Part shown: piece after piece, positions 8,615 to 18,083 of the stretch
Position numbering within the stretch: position 1 is the first letter of the stretch
Layout of the letters: every line of letters starts with the position of its first letter
From: Candidatus Parcubacteria bacterium
Lineage (GTDB): Bacteria > Patescibacteriota > Patescibacteriia > Patescibacteriales > BM507
DNA length: 64,000 bases
Direction of reading: 5' to 3'
Assembly: GCA_002869265.1 (NCBI GenBank)
Contig: PKTH01000036.1
Span: 50,224 to 114,223, forward strand
Notes under the pieces: model-generated
What the model saw: only the letters and a program-made list of their open reading frames with translations
Told to the model about the DNA's origin: nothing
Database searches by the model: none
Made by a program: the position numbers and the translations under genes

Positions 8615-9676
8615 ATGAAAGAAAAGCAAAAATCAAAGTATAGCTGGCCATTAATAGGGAACCAGAAGAATATAGATTTTCTTACTAGAAGCTTGGAAAA
8701 TGATAAGTTGTCTAGCGCCTATATTTTTTCAGGTCCTGATAATATGGGGAAGACAAAATTGGCTCAACACTTTTCTCAGATATTGCTTTGTTCTCAGAAA
8801 GCCACATTAAGTTCTCAGAAGCCATGTTGTAAATGCCCCTCATGTAAGAGCTTTATCTCCTCTAAAGAAGACGAGGAACTGGATATGGAAACAGCTCGAC
8901 AAGATTTTTATGTTTTAAAAAAAGAAAAGGACAAAAAGAATATTTCTATAGAGCAAGTCCGAGATTTAATCTATTCACTTTCGATGAGTTCCTTCTCCGA
9001 TTCTTATAAAATTGGAATTATTAAGCATGCTGACACATTGAGTGAAGAAGCATCAAACGCTTTGTTGAAACTGTTGGAGGAGCCAAAAAAGAAGGTGATT
9101 ATTATCTTGATTTCAAGCAAGCTTGAGAAAATGTTGGAAACCATAAGATCTAGATGCCAGGTTTTGGAATTTTCTTCAGTCTCCACTGATGATATCAATA
9201 AATATTTACTTGAAAACTACAAAGTTACTAGAAGTGCAGCCAAGAATTATTCTAGAATATCTTTGGGAAGACCAGCACTTGCCCTAAAACTTCTTGAGGA
9301 TAAAGAATTTTATGAAAGCTATCTCTCTCGTTTAGAATTATTATTAGATGTTTTGGAAAGCAATGACTTGAATGAAAAATTTTCAAAAATCGAAAATGTT
9401 ATAGATAAGAAACTATCTAGCCAAGAGTCGGTCGCAATCTTAAAGAGGCTCTTAGAAACACTCCAGGGGCTTTTTCGTGATTTGTATCTAATCAATTACG
9501 GCCTTAATGATTTGGTTCAGAATGAGATTGTTGACCAGCGACTTAAGAAAAGTCAGATAAAAAATGATATAAAAAAAATATTAAACCTGTTGGATGAAAT
9601 TGAAAAATCAGCTGGCTATATAGATGCTAATTTAAGTCCAAAATTAATTTTAGAAAATATAACTTTATCAATATAA
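8615..9676 (+). CDS. holB: DNA polymerase III delta-prime subunit
   Basis: AYIFSGPDNMGKTKLA Walker-like motif, Zn module CCKCPSCKSF, and SRC motif IRSRCQVLEF. Confidence 0.85.
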   Translation: MKEKQKSKYSWPLIGNQKNIDFLTRSLENDKLSSAYIFSGPDNMGKTKLAQHFSQILLCSQKATLSSQKPCCKCPSCKSFISSKEDEELDMETARQDFYVLKKEKDKKNISIEQVRDLIYSLSMSSFSDSYKIGIIKHADTLSEEASNALLKLLEEPKKKVIIILISSKLEKMLETIRSRCQVLEFSSVSTDDINKYLLENYKVTRSAAKNYSRISLGRPALALKLLEDKEFYESYLSRLELLLDVLESNDLNEKFSKIENVIDKKLSSQESVAILKRLLETLQGLFRDLYLINYGLNDLVQNEIVDQRLKKSQIKNDIKKILNLLDEIEKSAGYIDANLSPKLILENITLSI

Positions 9677-9680
9677 AAAT

Positions 9681-10751
9681 ATGAAGAAAATCAAACTTTT
9701 AATTTTTTCTCTTTCTCTTCTTTTCTTTCTGAGTGCTTGTTCGATTAATTTCACTGGGTCAGAAAAAAAAGAAGTAAATACTGACTTCGGAGGAATCTTC
9801 AAGTCGGCAGACAAAGGAGACACCTGGAAACAAAAAGTATTAATCTCTGGGGTTAGTCAAACTCGTGGCAGCCTGGGAGCAACAAGTGTTAATAATTTCA
9901 AGTTTGACCCTAGTGACAACAAAGCATTGTATTACGCTAGTGTATCTAATGGTTTAGCCTATACATATGATGGTGCTGACAGTTGGCAGCTGGCCAAGGG
10001 CTTGGGGCCAGTACCTATACTAGATGTTGCCGTTGATTCGAATTCAAAGTGTAGAGTTTATGCCTCCACCGGTAACAAAATATTTAGGACTGAGGATTGT
10101 TCAAGAAATTGGGTACAGGTATATTTTGATAATGAAGCAAGGATTAAGGTAAATTCGATAGCCATTGATCATTTTGATTCCTCGAAGGTTTATGCTGGAC
10201 TAAGCAGAGGAGATCTCTTGAAGAGCTCCGATTATGGTAAAAGTTGGCAAACCATTCATAGGTTTAAGGTCAATATTTCTGGAATACTTATAGATCCAAA
10301 GGATAGTCGAAAAATGTTTGTTATTACACCAAATAACGGTTTATATAGGAGTGTTGACGGAGGAGAGAATTGGGAAAGTCTGAAAAAGATTTTGACAGAT
10401 ACTAAGGTTGGTAATAACATCAGAGATATGGTAATATTAAACACTGAACCAACCATGATTTACCTAGCTAGTGCAAAGGGAATGGTTAAATCTCTCGACA
10501 ATGGAAGCACTTGGGAGAAGATTGAACTTATCACCCCGGATGCGAAATCGCAGATAAATGCGATTGCAGTTAATGAGAGTGATGTAAATGAAATTTATTA
10601 TGTAACAAATACTACATTTTTTAAATCTAGTGATGGGGGAGTTAATTGGACACCTCAAAAACTGCCGACATCAAGAGCGGGCTGGAAATTGCTAGTAGAT
10701 CCGGAAGATCCTAAGGTTTTATATCTTGGTATAAAGGCATTAACTAAATAA
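9681..10751 (+). CDS. Lipoprotein with BNR/Asp-box repeats (Ycf48/sialidase-like beta-propeller)
   Basis: Lipobox LLFFLSAC|S, and five S-x-D-x-G-x-T/S-W repeats (SADKGDTW, SSDYGKSW, SVDGGENW, SLDNGSTW, SSDGGVNW). Confidence 0.7.
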   Translation: MKKIKLLIFSLSLLFFLSACSINFTGSEKKEVNTDFGGIFKSADKGDTWKQKVLISGVSQTRGSLGATSVNNFKFDPSDNKALYYASVSNGLAYTYDGADSWQLAKGLGPVPILDVAVDSNSKCRVYASTGNKIFRTEDCSRNWVQVYFDNEARIKVNSIAIDHFDSSKVYAGLSRGDLLKSSDYGKSWQTIHRFKVNISGILIDPKDSRKMFVITPNNGLYRSVDGGENWESLKKILTDTKVGNNIRDMVILNTEPTMIYLASAKGMVKSLDNGSTWEKIELITPDAKSQINAIAVNESDVNEIYYVTNTTFFKSSDGGVNWTPQKLPTSRAGWKLLVDPEDPKVLYLGIKALTK

Positions 10752-10761
10752 TTGAAATAAT

Positions 10762-11316
10762 ATGAATTCATACATTGAAGAAAAACAAGGAGACTTTGAA
10801 AATATTTTAGATTTCTTTAAAAAAGATATTTCCAGCCTGAGAACCGGAAGAGCAAATCCAGCAATTCTGGAGGGAGTTTTTGTTGAGGCCTATGGAGTTA
10901 AAACACCCCTAAATGGAGTAGCCAATATAAATGTTTTGGACTCTCAAAGCTTAACAGTAGCTCCTTGGGATAAAAACATTATCAAAGATGTCGAAAAAGC
11001 AATTGTTGATGCTGATCTAGGCTTCGGAGTTGTAAATGATGGAGATAAGCTAAGGTTAACTGTCCCACAGATGACAGAAGAGAATAGAAAAGATTTGGTT
11101 AAAAAGCTAAATGAGAAAATGGAGAAATCTAGAATTTCGGTAAGACAGCTGAGAGATGATATTAAGGATAATATTGAAAAAGATGAGAAAGATAAGGAAA
11201 TCACAGAAGATGATAAGTTTTCATTTATTAAAGAGCTTGATGAGAAAATAAGAGCTTTTAATGATGAAATAAAGGCGGTTCGTGATGCTAAGGAGTCTGA
11301 TATAATGACTATTTAG
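10762..11316 (+). CDS. frr: Ribosome recycling factor
   Basis: The typical RRF sequence DISSLRTGRANPAILEGVFVEAYG...LRLTVPQMTEENRKDLVKK. Confidence 0.9.
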   Translation: MNSYIEEKQGDFENILDFFKKDISSLRTGRANPAILEGVFVEAYGVKTPLNGVANINVLDSQSLTVAPWDKNIIKDVEKAIVDADLGFGVVNDGDKLRLTVPQMTEENRKDLVKKLNEKMEKSRISVRQLRDDIKDNIEKDEKDKEITEDDKFSFIKELDEKIRAFNDEIKAVRDAKESDIMTI

Positions 11317-11370
11317 TTTAGTTAATTTCAATCTAATAAAAATAAGATAAAATATCTATAAAAACAAACT

Positions 11371-12525
11371 ATGTTTACTGTAATAATATTTTTAGCTGTA
11401 CTATCTGTTTTAGTATTAGCGCATGAATTAGGACATTTTTTAACAGCTAGAAGATATGGAGCAAAAGCTGAAGAGTTCGGTCTGGGATTTCCTCCTAGAG
11501 CGGTTGGAGTGTATAAAAGCACTGACGGTTCTTGGAAGAAAGTTTTTGGTTCAAGAGAGGTGGAGGACGCAGCAGACACAGTCTATTCTCTAAATTGGCT
11601 TCCCCTAGGAGGTTTTGTGAAAATAAAAGGTGAGGACGGTGAGAGCGAAGATCCGGATAGTTTTGTATCCAAAAAGATGTGGCAAAAGGCGGTCATTCTG
11701 GTTGCTGGAGTTACAATGAATATAATTCTGGCTTTTGTTTTGATCTCTTTTGGTTACATGATAGGCTTCCCTCAAACCATAGATAATAACTCTGAGGGGA
11801 AAGTAATCGATCAGCAGATCCAAGTAGTGGACTTGTTAGAAGGCTCAGCGGCTGATTTGGCAGGCGTTAAACCAGGTGATGTTGTAACCGGGATAGACGG
11901 GATAGACTTTGAAAATTTTGAAGCTCTCCAAAATTACGTAAATGAAAATGTAGGCAATGAAATTACATACGAGGTTAGAAGGGGATATGAAGAAATGGAA
12001 TTTGTTTTGATCCCGGAAGTTAGAGAAGAGACAAATAGAGGTGGGGTAGGTGTTTCTATAGTTGAGACTGGGACTGTGAAGTATTCTTTCTTTAGGGCTA
12101 TTTGGGAAGGAATGAAAACAACCGTAGTTATAACCTGGATGATATTTTTGGCCTTTTTGGGTCTTATACGAGATCTAGTTATGGGTTCTGGAGTTTCTGC
12201 AGACGTGGCAGGACCCGTGGGTATAGCAGTTATTACGGGCCAAGCGGCGAGACTGGGCTTTGCACATTTATTGCAATTTACAGCGCTCCTTTCTATTAAT
12301 TTGGCAATTATTAATATCCTGCCTATCCCTGCACTTGATGGAGGTAGATTACTTTTCTTGGCGATCGAAAAAATAAAAGGCAAACCAATGAAAAAGGAAA
12401 CAGAAGCGCTAGTGCACAATATTGGATTTTTACTTTTGATGCTTTTAATTTTAGTGGTGACCTTTAAAGAAGTTTCAAAATTCGGAGGAGCGATTACCGG
12501 TTTATTTAGCAAGATAATTAATTAA
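11371..12525 (+). CDS. rseP: RIP zinc metalloprotease RseP (site-2 protease)
   Basis: HExxH (AHELGHFLTARRYG), a PDZ segment, and LSINLAIINILPIPALDGGRL. Confidence 0.9.
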   Translation: MFTVIIFLAVLSVLVLAHELGHFLTARRYGAKAEEFGLGFPPRAVGVYKSTDGSWKKVFGSREVEDAADTVYSLNWLPLGGFVKIKGEDGESEDPDSFVSKKMWQKAVILVAGVTMNIILAFVLISFGYMIGFPQTIDNNSEGKVIDQQIQVVDLLEGSAADLAGVKPGDVVTGIDGIDFENFEALQNYVNENVGNEITYEVRRGYEEMEFVLIPEVREETNRGGVGVSIVETGTVKYSFFRAIWEGMKTTVVITWMIFLAFLGLIRDLVMGSGVSADVAGPVGIAVITGQAARLGFAHLLQFTALLSINLAIINILPIPALDGGRLLFLAIEKIKGKPMKKETEALVHNIGFLLLMLLILVVTFKEVSKFGGAITGLFSKIIN

Positions 12526-12538
12526 TAAAAATAAAAAT

Positions 12539-12844
12539 ATGCAAGTAAGAATAAAGGCGACAAAAATTGATTTAACAGACAGTATAAGAGATTATGTCCA
12601 GCAAAAAATGGACATGTTGGATAAATATTTAGGGACTTATGATGTAGTGAATTGTGATGTGGAGGTTGGAGTAACCACAAATCATCATCAGAAAGGTAAG
12701 ATTTTTAAAGCAGAGACAAACATTCAATTACCTGGAGAACTATTGAGAGTAGAAAAAGAGGCAGAAGATTTATATAAAGCTATTGATAAGGTTAAGGACC
12801 ACATGACTAGGTCTATTAGAAGGTATAAGGAGAAAAGAAAATAG
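12539..12844 (+). CDS. hpf: Ribosome hibernation promoting factor (RaiA/HPF, short form)
   Basis: IDLTDSIRDYVQQKMDMLDKYL...LRVEKEAEDLYKAIDKVKDHMTRSIRRYKEKR. Confidence 0.85.
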   Translation: MQVRIKATKIDLTDSIRDYVQQKMDMLDKYLGTYDVVNCDVEVGVTTNHHQKGKIFKAETNIQLPGELLRVEKEAEDLYKAIDKVKDHMTRSIRRYKEKRK

Positions 12845-12932
12845 TTTGCCTTTCTACTTAAGAATGAATGATTTGCCTAAAAAAACTCAACCCGAAAAGC
12901 GTATATAATATTAATTGTAAATATTTTTTATA

Positions 12933-12966
12933 AAAAAACGCCGTTTTAAAAACGGCGTTTTGTTTT
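12933..12966. terminator. Bidirectional rho-independent terminator
   Basis: aaacgccgtttt/aaaacggcgttt stem flanked by A- and T-runs, between convergent genes ending at 12844 and 12969. Confidence 0.75.
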
Positions 12967-12968
12967 AC

Positions 12969-13979
12969 TTAATCAAACATTTTTTCCCAAGAGACAGTTG
13001 TTGTTAGGTTTTTTGATCTAGCAACAACGTAGACTCCATTTTTTAAAACAAGATCTTCATGATCTGGTGCAGATATTGTACCTGATGCAAGATGAAAATC
13101 TATTTGGGTGTTTCTATCTGGTTCTTGTCGCGTTTTTCGTGATTTTTTCTTTGGAGAAATTTTTATAGTTTTACTAGCTACTAAAATTCCTCCGCCCAAA
13201 AGATGATTAGTATTGAACAGGGGGTGGTTATTAGCCTCGATATAATGTTTTGTTTTCGTGCTAAGGCCAAGGTGGAGATTTACCGTATTTACTGCTTCAT
13301 GCCAGGTGTCTGCTAGCTTGGTTGCCCAAATGTCTCCTTGTCGTAAAATTGGTTTTCCAGCCAAAGCGAAAATTTCAAGAATTTCATCAGGGATAAGAGA
13401 GGAGTAAAAAGCTTTTTCACCTTGTGTTTTGAATACATTCCAAGAGGTTCGGGTGACTCCTGTCATAAAGGGGTTTTCATCCATCCCAAAGAAAATGTAG
13501 CGGCAGGGCCCCTTGTAATCAAATCGGGCTATTGCCTGCGTCCCATCATTAATCATGTGAATTTCTCTTAAGAGATTTCTTGGAAGAATAATATGTTTCC
13601 CCCTGACGTTTAGAAAAATTTTGGGGGGAGACATAAAAATAGAATCTCCGTGTAGCTCTATCATTCTTTCAAGTGAGTGTAAATCAATTTCACTCCAGTG
13701 AATTTTGGCGCCTCCAACATATTCTGGAAAAAATACTTCATGCTTTTTATCCATTTCAGACTCCTTAAAAGGAAGTGTTTTGTTTCTAATAGTCCGAAAT
13801 GATTTAGCAAGTTGCGATGGAATTTTACCTTCTTTCGCTAAGTGATCAAGAGTTTTGTAAAGGGCGTTTAAGTTTTTTTTAACTAGTCTTTCACTTTTTG
13901 TGTTTTGCCTGATACTCTCGATCACAAGAGCTATAATCATTTCAGACAAATAAAGATCCGACGAATTAAAAGTGGTCAT
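12969..13979 (-). CDS. Hypothetical protein (336 aa) with no recognisable domain
   Basis: ATG start with SD GGAGGCTCAGA. No metal-binding or nucleotide-binding motif recognised. Confidence 0.6.
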   Translation of the reverse strand: MTTFNSSDLYLSEMIIALVIESIRQNTKSERLVKKNLNALYKTLDHLAKEGKIPSQLAKSFRTIRNKTLPFKESEMDKKHEVFFPEYVGGAKIHWSEIDLHSLERMIELHGDSIFMSPPKIFLNVRGKHIILPRNLLREIHMINDGTQAIARFDYKGPCRYIFFGMDENPFMTGVTRTSWNVFKTQGEKAFYSSLIPDEILEIFALAGKPILRQGDIWATKLADTWHEAVNTVNLHLGLSTKTKHYIEANNHPLFNTNHLLGGGILVASKTIKISPKKKSRKTRQEPDRNTQIDFHLASGTISAPDHEDLVLKNGVYVVARSKNLTTTVSWEKMFD

Positions 13980-14093
13980 TCTGAGCCTCCTTTTAAAATT
14001 GATAGTCAGTTCCCGCCATGCTGGTCGGTATTCACTCTCGTGAAGGTGACTATGTGTGCTAGTAAGCTAACATAAGTGCATGTCTCAGTCAAA

Positions 14094-14128
14094 TAAAAAA
14101 CACTATCTATTTGATAGTGTTTTGTTTT
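14094..14128. terminator. Rho-independent terminator downstream of the small Cys-rich gene (works on both strands)
   Basis: acactatc-tatttg-gatagtgt stem-loop with flanking A-run and T-run. Confidence 0.65.
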
Positions 14129-14145
14129 AAGGTCTCAGAGACAGT

Positions 14146-14319
14146 TTAACCATTATTTTTATTTAGCTTGCATTTGTGGGTGCAGTAGGTTGAGTTTCTT
14201 TTAAGACATTCTCCTGTTTTTGTGCATTTTACATTTTCAGGAAGCATTCGATTGTTTCCGCATTTTTGGCATTCTGGATTTCCATGTTTTTCGCAGACTG
14301 TTTTACATGAAATATTCAT
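14146..14319 (-). CDS. Small cysteine-rich protein (57 aa, 8 Cys)
   Basis: Hand-translated as MNISCKTVCEKHGNPECQKCGNNRMLPENVKCTKTGECLKRNSTYCTHKCKLNKNNG. The SD GGAGAAGAG lies 6 nt upstream of the ATG and a terminator follows. It is below the 60-aa cutoff of the ORF track. Confidence 0.5.
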   Translation of the reverse strand: MNISCKTVCEKHGNPECQKCGNNRMLPENVKCTKTGECLKRNSTYCTHKCKLNKNNG

Positions 14320-14486
14320 CTCTTCTCCTGTTTATTTGGTTAAAATGATCGACTTAATTTTAGAATATATTTATACAAAATTTCTTAAAAGTTGTCAATA
14401 ATCAAAACAAGCTTTTAACATTGATTTTTTTTGCTATTAGGAATATAATTACAATTGATTAAAAAAATAAGAAATATACAAAAAAA

Positions 14487-17246
14487 ATGGGATTATTAGA
14501 TAAAATTCTCGGAGATCCGAATGAAAAAGTGATTAAGGAAATTAGGACGGTTGTAGAAAAAATAAATAGCCTGGAAGATGGAATAAAGAAAAAAACCGAT
14601 GAAGAACTTAGAGCTTGTACTGAAGATTTTCGAAAAAGACTTGATTTAAAAAAAGATTCAAAACTATCAAAAGAAGAATTGCAGAAAAAACTGGAGGATA
14701 TATTACCAGAGGCTTTTGCTGTCATTAGAGAAGCGGCCTTTAGAGTTATTGGTCAGCGGCCTTATGATGTCCAGCTGATTGGTGGTGTTGCTCTTCATAG
14801 AGGTCAGATTGCTGAGATGAAAACTGGTGAAGGTAAAACCTTGGTGGCATCTCTTGCTTTGTACTTGAATGCTTTGGCTGGCAATGGATCACACTTGATA
14901 ACGGTTAATGACTATTTGTCACGAGTTGGTGCTGGTTGGAATGCTCCCGTTTATCACTTTTTAGGACTTACTACAGGTGTTATTATTCATGACAAATCCC
15001 TGAAGTATGATCCAGATTTTAGTGATGATGCTGAATTTGACGAGAGATTAAAACATTTTAGACAAGTTGAAAGACAAGAGGCTTATGCATGTGATATTTT
15101 GTATGGGACTAACAATGAGTTTGGCTTTGATTATCTAAGAGACAACATGGTTGCTAGTCTTGATAAGATGGTTCAGAGAGATTTGTATTTTACAATTGTT
15201 GACGAGGTTGATTCTATTTTGATCGACGAAGCTAGGACGCCCTTGATTATTTCTGCTCCAGCTGAAGAGTCTACTGATAAGTATTATCAATTTGCTGATT
15301 TAGTCAGAAGGCTAAAAGTTGACCAGGATTATAATATTGATGAAAAAATGAGAACGGTGACATTGTCTGAAGAAGGAATATCGAAAATGGAAAAAATGTT
15401 GGGAGTTGAAAATATTTACACCTCAGGAGGAATAAGAGAAGTCCATCATATTGAACAAGCCTTAAAAGCTCACGCTATTTTTGCACGTGATAAGGACTAT
15501 GTTGTGAAAGAGGATGAAGTTATTATAGTTGATGAGTTTACTGGCAGGTTAATGCCTGGAAGAAGGTACTCTGAAGGCTTGCATCAAGCGATTGAGGCTA
15601 AAGAGGGGGTTAAGATCCAAAGAGAGTCTCAAACATTGTCTAGTATTACTTTCCAAAATTATTTTAGAATGTATGACAAGTTGGCCGGCATGACCGGTAC
15701 GGCCGTTACGGAGGCTGAAGAGTTTTCAAAAATATATGGACTAGAGACGGTTGTAATACCTACTAATAAACCTGTCGCTAGAGATGATAAAAATGATTTA
15801 ATCTATAAGACAGAAATTGCAAAATACAAAGCGGTAGTTGAAGATATAAAAGATAGACAAGAGAAGGGTCAGCCTGTTTTAGTTGGTACAATTTCTATTG
15901 AAAAAAATGAGCAGTTATTAGCCTATATGGAAAGAGAGGGATTGCGACCTCAGGCTCTGAATGCCAAAAACCACACTAAAGAAGCAAGGATTATTTCAGA
16001 CGCTGGTAAATCGGGGGCAGTAACTATTGCTACTAATATGGCCGGTCGTGGTGTTGATATTGTTCTTGGAGGAGCTGAGCCTAAAAAAGATGATCCAGAA
16101 CATGCTAAATGGGAGGAAGACCATAAGAGGGTTCTTGAACTAGGCGGCCTACATGTTATCGGTACAGAGCGTCATGAAGCAAGACGTATAGATAATCAGC
16201 TTCGTGGTCGTGCTGGTCGTCAGGGTGATGTAGGATCATCACAGTTTTTTGTATCAATGGAAGATGATTTAATGAGAGTATTTGGTGGCGATAGAATGAA
16301 AAATTTAATGACCACCTTGAGAGTACCAGATGATATGCCTATTGAAAACAAAATGATTTCGAAGTCTATAGAGTCGGCTCAAAAGAAAGTTGAAGGAAAC
16401 AATTTTGACATCAGAAAACATTTAGTGGAGTATGATGATGTTATAAACAAACATAGAGAAGCAATATATAAAAGAAGAAAAGATATTTTATTAGCATCAG
16501 AGTCAGAGGATAATAGAAATGAATTGTCTGAAATGATTCAAGAAATGGTAGAGGCGGAGATTGAGCAGGTGGTAGCTTTTCACACTGCATCAGACTATGT
16601 AAAAGAATGGGATCTGAAAGAAATTTATCAGGTAGTCTCTACTATCTTTAAGGTAAACGACGAATCTGGAAAAAAACTTATAAGCAACGAAGAAGATGCC
16701 CCAAAACTAGATAAAGCGAAAGTTAGAACAGAGATAATTGAAAGTTTGGTTAAGCAAGCAAAAGAAAGATACACTGAAATAAAAAAGAATGCCGATGGTT
16801 TTGGACTAGACTGGCCAGACATAGAGAGGTCTGTCTTGATACGTTCTATCGATACTCTTTGGATTGAGCACCTAGAGGCAATGTCGAGTGTTAGACAAGG
16901 TATCGGTCTTCGAGGCTATGGCCAGAGAGATCCATTGGTGGAATATAAAAAAGAAGCTTATAAACTTTATAATGAATTGAATAATTTGATTCAGAGAGAA
17001 GTTGTATATAGCATATATAAGATTGCTCAGATTGATGATGTGATAAGTAAAGGATTTACAGCGCCAACGCTTATGGATAGAGCTGTCCAATTTAGTGCTC
17101 CTGCTAAAACAATGTCCAAGGAAGAACCCGGGGGAGCACAAATAATTAAACAAAAAGACAGGAATGAAGAAGGGGAAAAGATCGGAAGAAATGATCCTTG
17201 TATATGTGGTTCAGGAAAGAAGTATAAGAAGTGCTGTGGTAAATAA
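14487..17246 (+). CDS. secA: Preprotein translocase ATPase SecA
   Basis: Full-length SecA with DEAD-like motor motifs ([34 protein letters not shown]) and the C-terminal zinc motif [14 protein letters not shown]. Confidence 0.95.
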   Translation: MGLLDKILGDPNEKVIKEIRTVVEKINSLEDGIKKKTDEELRACTEDFRKRLDLKKDSKLSKEELQKKLEDILPEAFAVIREAAFRVIGQRPYDVQLIGGVALHRGQIAEMKTGEGKTLVASLALYLNALAGNGSHLITVNDYLSRVGAGWNAPVYHFLGLTTGVIIHDKSLKYDPDFSDDAEFDERLKHFRQVERQEAYACDILYGTNNEFGFDYLRDNMVASLDKMVQRDLYFTIVDEVDSILIDEARTPLIISAPAEESTDKYYQFADLVRRLKVDQDYNIDEKMRTVTLSEEGISKMEKMLGVENIYTSGGIREVHHIEQALKAHAIFARDKDYVVKEDEVIIVDEFTGRLMPGRRYSEGLHQAIEAKEGVKIQRESQTLSSITFQNYFRMYDKLAGMTGTAVTEAEEFSKIYGLETVVIPTNKPVARDDKNDLIYKTEIAKYKAVVEDIKDRQEKGQPVLVGTISIEKNEQLLAYMEREGLRPQALNAKNHTKEARIISDAGKSGAVTIATNMAGRGVDIVLGGAEPKKDDPEHAKWEEDHKRVLELGGLHVIGTERHEARRIDNQLRGRAGRQGDVGSSQFFVSMEDDLMRVFGGDRMKNLMTTLRVPDDMPIENKMISKSIESAQKKVEGNNFDIRKHLVEYDDVINKHREAIYKRRKDILLASESEDNRNELSEMIQEMVEAEIEQVVAFHTASDYVKEWDLKEIYQVVSTIFKVNDESGKKLISNEEDAPKLDKAKVRTEIIESLVKQAKERYTEIKKNADGFGLDWPDIERSVLIRSIDTLWIEHLEAMSSVRQGIGLRGYGQRDPLVEYKKEAYKLYNELNNLIQREVVYSIYKIAQIDDVISKGFTAPTLMDRAVQFSAPAKTMSKEEPGGAQIIKQKDRNEEGEKIGRNDPCICGSGKKYKKCCGK

Positions 17247-17260
17247 GGTTTAGCTACTTT

Positions 17261-17932
17261 ATGATAGACAGAATAAAAAAAATAGCGGAAGAGGAAATGA
17301 AGGAATGTGCGGCGCATGATCTCGATCATGTTATGCGTGTACACGCTCTATGTAAAAGTATCGCTAAAAAAGAAAAAGACGTGGATTTAGAAATTCTAGA
17401 GATTGCTACGCTTTTACATGATGTGGGTAAAGACAAAGAAAATAATGACAAGTCCGGGGCAACAGATCATGCTGTTGTTGGAGTAGAGCGAGCTGAGGAG
17501 ATATTGAGAGAAATTGGTTACCTCGAAGAGAAAATTGATTTAGTTAAACAATGTATTTTAACTCATAGGTATAGAGCAGGCAGAGAGCCAAAGAGCTTGG
17601 AGGCAAAAATACTTTTCGATGCCGACAAACTCGATTCTTTAGGTGCTATTGGGATAGCTCGGTCTTTCGCTTGGATTGGAAAACATAGAGCTAAGGTTTA
17701 TAAAAAAGTAGCTGATCTTGATAGATATATTGATGAAAATATGGAGGGGCATAATAAAGGGAAAATTCAAGACAAAAGTATTCATAGCGTTCAGATAGAA
17801 TATGATATAAAACAGAGAGATTTGCTTGAAAAGTTCTATACTAAAAGTGCAAGAAAAATAGCAGAAAAAAGGCATGAGTATTTTAAAGATTTTTTAGATC
17901 GTCTAGAAAGAGAGATATTGGGGGAAGAATAG
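17261..17932 (+). CDS. HD-domain phosphohydrolase
   Basis: H...HD (HDLDHV), LLHDVGK and FDADKLDSLGAIG. Confidence 0.75.
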   Translation: MIDRIKKIAEEEMKECAAHDLDHVMRVHALCKSIAKKEKDVDLEILEIATLLHDVGKDKENNDKSGATDHAVVGVERAEEILREIGYLEEKIDLVKQCILTHRYRAGREPKSLEAKILFDADKLDSLGAIGIARSFAWIGKHRAKVYKKVADLDRYIDENMEGHNKGKIQDKSIHSVQIEYDIKQRDLLEKFYTKSARKIAEKRHEYFKDFLDRLEREILGEE

Positions 17933-18083
17933 GTTATATTAATAAGTTTTTCATATTGGGCATAAAACAGTAAAGCTATAACACTAGAATTATTATTTGT
18001 CAATATTGCAAATATTAGCAATTTACTCTATTATATTTGTATAAGTTAATTAAATTAATACCTTAGATAAGGTATTTTATTTT

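Noticed and set aside
11934-12512. 192-aa minus-strand ORF within rseP, and similar antisense ORFs inside secA, secD, dnaK, mreB, lepA and recJ
   Set aside because: All are fully contained antisense to genes with unambiguous conserved motifs.
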